DNA of 64,000 nt from an uncultured Nitrospinota bacterium (lineage in GTDB: Bacteria > Tectomicrobia > Entotheonellia > J063 > CAVPRW01): positions 32,001 to 96,000 of the forward strand of contig CAVPRW010000003.1 of assembly GCA_963707985.1 (NCBI GenBank). Direction: 5' to 3'. Shown here piece after piece: positions 54,481 through 64,000 of this stretch (within the stretch, counting starts at the first letter, position 1; the number at the start of each line of letters is the position of its first letter). The position numbers were made by a program, and so were the translations under genes. The notes under the pieces were generated by a model. It worked only from the letters and a program-made list of their open reading frames with translations, did no database searches and was not told where the DNA came from.

Positions 54481-56241
54481 TCAGGCCGTCTCACCAGCCG
54501 ATTTCGTTGCCACTCGGCGGCTGCGCAGCATGACATACTGCTGTATGATGGTAAGGAGGTTATTCACCAGCCAGTAGATCACCAGTCCCACCGGAAAATT
54601 CAGGAACATGAAAGTGAAAATAATCGGCATAAACAACATCATTTTGGCTTGCCGTGGGTCGCCGGTCGTTGGCGTCATCCACTGCTGGACGACCATGGAG
54701 GCACCCATGAGCAAAGCCATGGGATAGTCGGGCGCAGACAGATCCTTGATCCACCAGAAGAACCCGGCGTGCCGAAGCTCGATCGAGGCATATAAAACCT
54801 GGTACAGGGAGATAAACACTGGGATCTGTATCACCATGGGCAAGCAGCCACCGAGGGGGTTGACCTTCTGCTCGCGGTACAGCCTCATCATCTCCTCGTT
54901 GAGCTTCTGGCGATCATTCTTATACATGTCCTGAAGCCGCTTCATTTGCGGCTGTATATGCTGCATGGCCTGCATCGACTTAAAGCTCTTCCAGGTCAGT
55001 GGATAAAAGAGCAGCTTAATGATCACCGTAATAATGATGATGGCGACACCGTAGTTGTGGGTCACGCCGTAGAGCCACTGCAGTGGACGTAAGAGCCAAA
55101 TGTCCGGCCGCAGTATTCGGACCCAGCCATAGTTGTAGAACACCAACTCCTTGAGCGATTTGCCGTTGGCGTCGAGCGCCGCCAGTCGACGCAGTTCCTT
55201 GGGGCCAGCATACACGGTGAAATGTACGTCAGTCGAGGTTGCAGGCAGCGGCCAGCGTAATGCCACCGCATATTCGAGGGCATTCGTACCCTCATGTAAA
55301 ACGCTCCACGTCGTGCTCGTGCGCGGAATCGCGGCGATGGCATAGTACTTGTTGTGGACTGCCGTCCATTGCACCTGCCCTGTGCGCTCCAATGGCGGCT
55401 GACCAGCGGGCGGCGTGGCGAGCCAGCGCTCGCCGTTGATAAAGGACATTGGGCTGGCATAACTGCCATTAGACTCCAGGTCGGTGTGTAGGCCGGGACC
55501 CCATCGTAGCATGGCATGTTGTCCATCCGCCGCGATCTCGACAGCTGGCCACAGCCCTTCTTCCGATACTTCAACCAAGTTCACCCGCGCCTCGTTGCCA
55601 CCTCGCCCCATCGCCAGTGTAGCCGCGCCACTGCTCCGCCATAGGGAGTCCCAGTGCCACACGATATTGGGTGGGCTCTTCCACGGTGCCGCATATTTCT
55701 TCAACAGCAGCTCCTTGATGCGCGCCCCCCGAGTAGTCATCACCATGCGGACCAGATCGTTTTCAACCGTCACTAGACGCTCGGGCTCTGGCGACGTCGC
55801 GGCCGTCGGTGCAGAGCTCAGACCCGGCTTGTCCAGCGTGACGTCGACCTCCATGGCATAAGTGCCGTATTGCAGTTCGAAGGTCTTCATCACACGCCAG
55901 CCTGTAGGGTCCTGATACTCAAAGCGGACAGTTCCTCGCGGCTGCTCTGCCGTCACAGCCAGTTGCGCCACCGAGGAGGTGAAATTCGCCGCCTGTATGC
56001 GCTCATTCAAGGACTGCGGCGGCGCCGCTTGTCCCACCGAGCCAGGCCCCACGCGCGGAGTATTTGGTGCATCGGGCCTAGCCGTGGTGGCAGGCGGGGA
56101 TTTGGCTTCAGGAGTCGGCTTTTCCTGAGACTCTGGCGTTACAGACGAATGGGGAGGATCTGGCGCAGGTACAAAGACATACTGCCAGAGGATAAGCACG
56201 AGGATCGACAGTGCGACAGCGAGAATGGCACGCCATTCCAT
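54481..56241 (-). CDS. yidC: Membrane protein insertase YidC
   Basis: YAGPK, NYGVAII, VNPLGGCLP, WIKDLSAPD, YWLVNN. Confidence 0.97.
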   Translation of the reverse strand: MEWRAILAVALSILVLILWQYVFVPAPDPPHSSVTPESQEKPTPEAKSPPATTARPDAPNTPRVGPGSVGQAAPPQSLNERIQAANFTSSVAQLAVTAEQPRGTVRFEYQDPTGWRVMKTFELQYGTYAMEVDVTLDKPGLSSAPTAATSPEPERLVTVENDLVRMVMTTRGARIKELLLKKYAAPWKSPPNIVWHWDSLWRSSGAATLAMGRGGNEARVNLVEVSEEGLWPAVEIAADGQHAMLRWGPGLHTDLESNGSYASPMSFINGERWLATPPAGQPPLERTGQVQWTAVHNKYYAIAAIPRTSTTWSVLHEGTNALEYAVALRWPLPATSTDVHFTVYAGPKELRRLAALDANGKSLKELVFYNYGWVRILRPDIWLLRPLQWLYGVTHNYGVAIIIITVIIKLLFYPLTWKSFKSMQAMQHIQPQMKRLQDMYKNDRQKLNEEMMRLYREQKVNPLGGCLPMVIQIPVFISLYQVLYASIELRHAGFFWWIKDLSAPDYPMALLMGASMVVQQWMTPTTGDPRQAKMMLFMPIIFTFMFLNFPVGLVIYWLVNNLLTIIQQYVMLRSRRVATKSAGETA

Positions 56242-56301
56242 ACACTAATAAAACCTCCTGAGTGGCTGCGCAGGCCTTGTAAGGTATGGGGGCGAGCGCC
56301 A

Positions 56302-56514
56302 CTACTGAACCGGGTCCCACCCTCCAGGGTGAAAGGGATGACAACGCAATAGTCGCCATGCGGTCAAGTGCAGACCTCGCCATAACCCATAGCGGGTGAT
56401 CGCCTGCATAGCATACGTCGAACAGGATGGATAAAACCGACACGAGGGTGGCAACGCAGGCGAGATTACCAGTTGATAGAGCCGTATCATCTCACAGATC
56501 AGATATCTGACCAT
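56302..56514 (-). CDS. yidD: Membrane protein insertion efficiency factor YidD
   Basis: [27 protein letters not shown]. Confidence 0.95.
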   Translation of the reverse strand: MVRYLICEMIRLYQLVISPALPPSCRFYPSCSTYAMQAITRYGLWRGLHLTAWRLLRCHPFHPGGWDPVQ

Positions 56515-56601
56515 CGATATGCCCAATGTCCTGCACTCCAACCCACGGTACTCGTCCTACCCGGCGATCACCAACCATAGCCGGATCGGGGTTGCACGTA
56601 T

Positions 56602-56979
56602 CTATCCATCCTTCAGAGCAATGTGGCCGGGTGCCTCGGCTGCCGTCAACCTAGCCATGGTCTTGCACCAGGCGTCCTCAAGAGTCCTGTAGGACGCCTG
56701 AGCACTGGCGGGAACAGCGCGCACGAACAGATCATAGCCTCTGGGAACCAGCCCTTTCTGACGCCGAAAAAGCTCACGTAGCCGGCGTTTCACCCGATTT
56801 CGCACGACGGCAATACCAATGGCTTTGCCCGCAGCTAGCCCAAGGCGAATGACATCTCCCCCATGGCGGTAGGCATATATCGTAAAATACTCCGTCCGCA
56901 GCCGCCGCCCATGCCGGTAACAACGCGTATAGTCGGCTCTAGCGGCAAGGCGTTCATGTCTGCGTAGACGCTGGTCCAC
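56602..56979 (-). CDS. rnpA: Ribonuclease P protein component
   Basis: RLGL..GK..AVVRNRVKRRLRE. Confidence 0.95.
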   Translation of the reverse strand: MDQRLRRHERLAARADYTRCYRHGRRLRTEYFTIYAYRHGGDVIRLGLAAGKAIGIAVVRNRVKRRLRELFRRQKGLVPRGYDLFVRAVPASAQASYRTLEDAWCKTMARLTAAEAPGHIALKDG

Positions 56980-56985
56980 CCGGTC

Positions 56986-57120
56986 TCAGACAGTCAAGCG
57001 AGCGCGGCCCTTATGCCGGCGTCGCCTCAAAACCTGCTGGCCGCTACGAGTTGCCATGCGTGCTCGAAAGCCATGGGTGCGGCGGCGCTTTATCCGACTC
57101 GGCTGGTAGGTCCGTTTCAT
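56986..57120 (-). CDS. rpmH: 50S ribosomal protein L34
   Basis: [44 protein letters not shown] (below the ORF-track cutoff). Confidence 0.97.
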   Translation of the reverse strand: MKRTYQPSRIKRRRTHGFRARMATRSGQQVLRRRRHKGRARLTV

Positions 57121-57499
57121 GTTCACGTCCTCACTCGTCCAGGCCGCGTTCCGCCGTACCTATCTGTTCTGTATAGGCCGCACGCGGGCTCCTATCGTGA
57201 ATAGTTCATCAGAAATCCAACGTAGATCACATAGTTGAGTAATGCGGCAGACGTGCCTTCCACAAGTTTGGTCCGTTCTGCTGCTGGTCGCACGGTTCAG
57301 TGGGATGATCACCCACCGCGCTCCGATTCTAGCAGAAACTGCGTTGATTTTTCAATCGTCTTTTGGTACTTTATACGTGTGGTCAGAGCCTTTCGGCGGA
57401 GGTAATACCTTGTTCTTCCACACCCTTCACCTGGTTATTGAACTGCAGGTAGACCTCATGGTGGCGCAGACGATGAATCGTAATCCATCGATATTACAG

Positions 57500-57800
57500 G
57501 GATTTATCGAGTTATCCACAGTTGGGGATAACCATGTGGATAACTCGAGACAACCGCCGAAGATCCCCATTTTCTCATCCTTGGCACACAATCGATCGGG
57601 GTCTATCGGGATATCTCCCTGGATAAATTGTGTACACACCTGTGCATAAATGCTTCCGCGACTTCTTACCTGAATCTCCCTGAACACTGTGGGACTTTCC
57701 CCCACAGTTTTGCACAGCCGATTCCCATCGGTGTGCTATGCTTTGGGTCGCTTATGCACATATCCCACGCGTCTACTACGACCATCTACTAAGGATTTCC
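57500..57800. promoter_or_regulatory. oriC: Chromosomal replication origin oriC
   Basis: DnaA boxes TTATCCACA 57512, TGGGGATAA 57523, TGTGGATAA 57535, TGTGCATAA 57641, TTTTGCACA 57708, TTATGCACA 57752; then CGCGT and CTACTACGACCATCTACTA (trio-like). Confidence 0.85.
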
Positions 57801-57831
57801 TAAACTCGATACACAAAGGGAGTGTGGATTC

Positions 57832-58944
57832 ATGGAGATCCGGATCAGTCGTGAAGAATTTTTGCAGGGCCTGCAGCGTGTCCAGTCGGTCGTCGAGCGC
57901 AAGACCACGACACCGATTCTGGCCAATTTCCTGCTCGACGCACGGGGGAACCAGCTCACCTATGTGGCGACGGACCTCGAGCTTACCTGCAAGGGGATGA
58001 TGGCGACGGAAATCATCCATGAAGGTGTCATCACCCTACCGGCCCGGCAAACATTTGATATCGTGCGTGAGCTGCCTAGTGGAACAATGCTTGATCTCCG
58101 CATCAATGAGCAACAGTGGGCTGAACTCACTGCCGGCCGGAGTTATTTCAGGATTCCAAGTCTCCCAGGAGGAGATTTCCCGCCGTTTCCACCTTTTGAA
58201 GGTGCTGAACATCTGTCGCTCCCTGCTTCTACCCTTCGGGAAATGATTGGGAAAACAGCCTTTTGCACCTCTCAGGATGAAACGCGTTTTGCGCTGCGTG
58301 GCGCACTTTTTGCTTTTATGGAGGGACGGGTATCGATGGTGGCAACCGATGGTCACCGCTTGGCCGCCATCCAGCGCGAATGCAAACATGCTGAGGCTAT
58401 GACCAAGCAGGTGATCGTGCCTCGTAAAGCCCTGGACGAAATCCGTAAAAGTCTTGAGGATGGTAACGGTGAGGATGATGAGGTAACGGTGAGTTTACTC
58501 GATCAACATTTGCTCATCCGTCGCGGGAATCTATGGTTATCGACCCGACTCATTGACGGGCAATTCCCCGCCTATGAACGAGTGATCCCAAAGGGTCATC
58601 CGCAACACATTACGCTACAGAAGGATGCTTTCCTCAGTAGCCTCCGTCGAGTCATCCTGTTCGCGCCCGACAAATCACGAGCAGTCCGGCTCAAACTATC
58701 GCCGGGGACATTGACGATCTTGAGCGAAAGTCCCGAGTTGGGAGAAGCCCGCGATGAAATCGAGGCCGAGTATGAGGGGGAAGCGGTGACGGTGGGGTTT
58801 AACGCACGCTACCTGATGGATGTCTTGAATGTCGTGGACGCTGATCAGGTCATTCTCGAAGTGAAAGATGCCGTAAGCTCATCTTTGATGCGACCGGTGG
58901 CTGACCCCGACAGTCTCTATGTGATTATGCCATTGCGACTGTAA
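57832..58944 (+). CDS. dnaN: DNA polymerase III beta clamp
   Basis: PILAN, ATDLE, VATDGHRLA, IDGQFP.Y, VIMPLRL. Confidence 0.98.
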   Translation: MEIRISREEFLQGLQRVQSVVERKTTTPILANFLLDARGNQLTYVATDLELTCKGMMATEIIHEGVITLPARQTFDIVRELPSGTMLDLRINEQQWAELTAGRSYFRIPSLPGGDFPPFPPFEGAEHLSLPASTLREMIGKTAFCTSQDETRFALRGALFAFMEGRVSMVATDGHRLAAIQRECKHAEAMTKQVIVPRKALDEIRKSLEDGNGEDDEVTVSLLDQHLLIRRGNLWLSTRLIDGQFPAYERVIPKGHPQHITLQKDAFLSSLRRVILFAPDKSRAVRLKLSPGTLTILSESPELGEARDEIEAEYEGEAVTVGFNARYLMDVLNVVDADQVILEVKDAVSSSLMRPVADPDSLYVIMPLRL

Positions 58945-59108
58945 GACAGGGTCGAGCGCTGTAGGCTGACGACCGAGCAGGAGAGGATGGGGATGGTGGC
59001 CGGGCGCTCAGAAGGCTGTTGCGGCACAGATGGTCGGTTAGACCGGGAGTGTGTGTCACATGCGGTCTTCAGTTCCGATGCCTCGGTCTTCTGCTGCTCG
59101 GGGTTCTG

Positions 59109-60260
59109 ATGCGACTCATGACCTTACAGATGCGCAACTTCCGCAACTTCGACCGACTGGAGCTTGAGTGCGGCGCACGTTTCAATATTCTAGTGGGTAA
59201 TAACGGCCAGGGCAAGACGAACATTCTCGAAAGTATTTATGTGCTCGGCCAGTTACGGTCTTTTCGCGGTGTTGGACGCGCGGAGTTGACTCGCTGGGGG
59301 GCAGAGGTGGTCAGCTTACACGGCACGGTTGAGCATCCGGCACATAATGGGAAACTGACGCTCGGCATGTCCTGGAATGGGCAGCGACGTATCCTCAAAG
59401 TCCAAGGCCGGGAGATCCAACGCACTATTGATTATCTGGGACATCTTAACGTCATGGTCTTCGCAGCGGATTCCGTCCAGGTGATCAAAGGTTCTCCTGA
59501 AGGACGCCGCCGGCTTCTCGATCGCGCACTGGTAAGTTTGCAGCCGACCTATCTCGGCCTTTTGCAGCGCCATCAGATGATCCTCAAACATCGCAATCGA
59601 CTACTGAAGGGGCCGAAGATCGACCGCGCCAGTTTAGACGTGTGGAATACCAAGTTTGCCGAGGTGGGAGCGGAAGTTGTACGGGCGCGGGCACGCTACC
59701 TGAAGCGGCTTAACCGGCAACTGGAGCGCTTGAATGCGTTGAAGCTGGGCAGTCCAACGGCACTACAGGTACAGTACCGGCCAGCCCTCGGAGGGGGAAC
59801 CGATGAGCAAGAGCCGCTAGATCCTGGCTGTGCCGACATGTCGCGGATTGTGCACCGTATGGTGGAGGGCATCGCTAGGGTGGAACGTGACGAATTGAGG
59901 GCCCGGATGTCATTGATCGGACCGCAACGCGATGATGTCAGCTTTACCCTGGAAAGGCATGACCTCAAGAATTATGGCTCCCAGGGGGAGCAACGGCTGG
60001 CAGTGCTGCTGATCTTGATCGGCATGTTAGAAGATCTGGAAGCGGAGTTGGGGACGCCCGCGATCGTGTTGCTTGATGATATGGTGGCTGAGTTGGATCG
60101 GCGACGGCGTGGCCTACTGTGGGAATTTTTGCAGAGCATGCGCGCCCAGGTATTTATCAGTGGGACGGAGATGACTGCCGACTTGGAAGCGCTGTGTGCG
60201 GCAGTGCCAGAGACGCAGGTGTGGAGGGTCGACGCGGGCACCATTGTCGCCAACGCCTAG
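59109..60260 (+). CDS. recF: DNA replication/repair protein RecF
   Basis: NFRN, GNNGQGKTN, GPQRDD, GSQGEQR, LLDD..AELD. Confidence 0.97.
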   Translation: MRLMTLQMRNFRNFDRLELECGARFNILVGNNGQGKTNILESIYVLGQLRSFRGVGRAELTRWGAEVVSLHGTVEHPAHNGKLTLGMSWNGQRRILKVQGREIQRTIDYLGHLNVMVFAADSVQVIKGSPEGRRRLLDRALVSLQPTYLGLLQRHQMILKHRNRLLKGPKIDRASLDVWNTKFAEVGAEVVRARARYLKRLNRQLERLNALKLGSPTALQVQYRPALGGGTDEQEPLDPGCADMSRIVHRMVEGIARVERDELRARMSLIGPQRDDVSFTLERHDLKNYGSQGEQRLAVLLILIGMLEDLEAELGTPAIVLLDDMVAELDRRRRGLLWEFLQSMRAQVFISGTEMTADLEALCAAVPETQVWRVDAGTIVANA

Positions 60261-60362
60261 TGACCATCCAGCGCCAATTGGCACCACAGGAAGCCGCACT
60301 CAGAACGGGACAATCCTGCAGCAAGGCGTCTGCCCTGTAGCAGATCGCCGACAGGTGGGAGT

Positions 60363-62911
<2,549 letters not shown>

Positions 62912-62919
62912 GAGACTGT

Positions 62920-64000
62920 ATGGCCACTGACGCACGACTGCTGCAGATCAACATCGAAGATGAAATGCGCACAGCCTTCCTCGACTATGCGATGTCCGTC
63001 ATCATCGCCCGCGCCCTGCCGGATGTGCGCGACGGGCTGAAGCCGGTGCATCGGCGCGCCCTGCTGACCCTGTACGACCTGAACCTCACTCCAGACCGCG
63101 GCTATCGGAAGTGCGCCAAGATCTGCGGCGATATCAGCGGCAACTATCATCCGCATGGCGAGGGGGTCGTCTATCCCTCCGTGGTGCGCCTGGCACAACG
63201 CTTTGCCATGCGCTATCCATTGGTCGATGGCCAGGGCAACTATGGTTCCGTCGATGGTGACCCACCGGCTGCCATGCGCTACACCGAAGCGCGCATGACC
63301 GAGATCTGCCAGGAGATGTTGCGCGATCTGGAGAAGGAAACAGTCGACTTCATCCCCAACTACGACGGCACGCGCGAAGAGCCGGTGGTGTTGCCCTCGA
63401 CGATTCCCAACCTCCTGATGAACGGTTCTGCCGGCATCGCTGTGGGCATGGCGACGAATATTCCACCCCATAATCTGGGCGAGCTGGTCGACGCGTTGGT
63501 GGCGATGCTAGCGGACCCCCAGATCAGCGTCGAGGTCGACGAGGACGACCCAGGGAAGCCCTATCTCATGCAGTTCATTCTAGGTCCCGATTTCCCGACC
63601 GCGGGACTGATCTATGGCACCGATGGCATTCGCGATGCCTACAAGACTGGGCGCGGCCTCATCACCATGCGGGCACGGGCGCTCATTGAGCATTCGAAGC
63701 GCACCAGCCGGGAGCAGATCATCATCACTGAGATCCCCTATCAGGTGAACAAAGCCAAGCTCGTCGAGAGAATCGCTGAGCTGGTGCGCGACCGCAAAAT
63801 CGAGGGCATCTCCGATCTGCGCGACGAATCCGATCGCGAGGGTATGCGGGTCGTCATCGAGCTTGTCCGCGGTGCCCAGGGTGAGGTAGTGCTCAATCAG
63901 CTCTACAAGCAAACCCCCATGCAGAGCACCTTCGGCGTCATCATGCTGGCACTGGTGGGCAATCAACCGCGGATCATGGCCCTCAAGGAGCTGATGAGTC
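62920..64000 (+). CDS. gyrA: DNA gyrase subunit A (runs off window)
   Basis: [35 protein letters not shown]. Confidence 0.98.
   Translation, partial: MATDARLLQINIEDEMRTAFLDYAMSVIIARALPDVRDGLKPVHRRALLTLYDLNLTPDRGYRKCAKICGDISGNYHPHGEGVVYPSVVRLAQRFAMRYPLVDGQGNYGSVDGDPPAAMRYTEARMTEICQEMLRDLEKETVDFIPNYDGTREEPVVLPSTIPNLLMNGSAGIAVGMATNIPPHNLGELVDALVAMLADPQISVEVDEDDPGKPYLMQFILGPDFPTAGLIYGTDGIRDAYKTGRGLITMRARALIEHSKRTSREQIIITEIPYQVNKAKLVERIAELVRDRKIEGISDLRDESDREGMRVVIELVRGAQGEVVLNQLYKQTPMQSTFGVIMLALVGNQPRIMALKELMS

Overview
Bacterial chromosome segment (GC-rich) that spans the replication origin. Right third (44-64 kb) is housekeeping: atpC-D-G-A-H-F-F', rsmG, mnmG, mnmE, yidC, yidD, rnpA and rpmH on the minus strand, then an oriC (DnaA boxes plus DnaA-trio-like element), then dnaN-recF-gyrB-gyrA. 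dnaA, parAB and jag are absent from their usual positions, and YidC appears to have a segment-swapped periplasmic domain. Left two-thirds is accessory DNA. It holds (i) a signal-peptide-less DUF1800-DUF1501-NHL-MqnA-like-bicupin cluster of unknown function, (ii) catabolic oxidoreductases, (iii) a decayed BREX-like brxA/brxB/brxC locus, (iv) an integron relic (VapBC cassette with attC, intI pseudogene), (v) an orphan trans-AT PKS accessory cassette (LLM, AT-ER, AcpS), (vi) a five-gene secreted/surface-protein cluster preceded by a structured non-coding region, and (vii) many IS relics and mini-elements. Recurrent +1 frameshifts, including in gyrB and atpG, suggest sequencing insertion errors. 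Gene order and content resemble Deltaproteobacteria-like/Tectomicrobia (Entotheonella-like) genomes; this is inference only. No rRNA, tRNA or CRISPR array was seen. All family assignments come from motif recognition by eye, not database searches.
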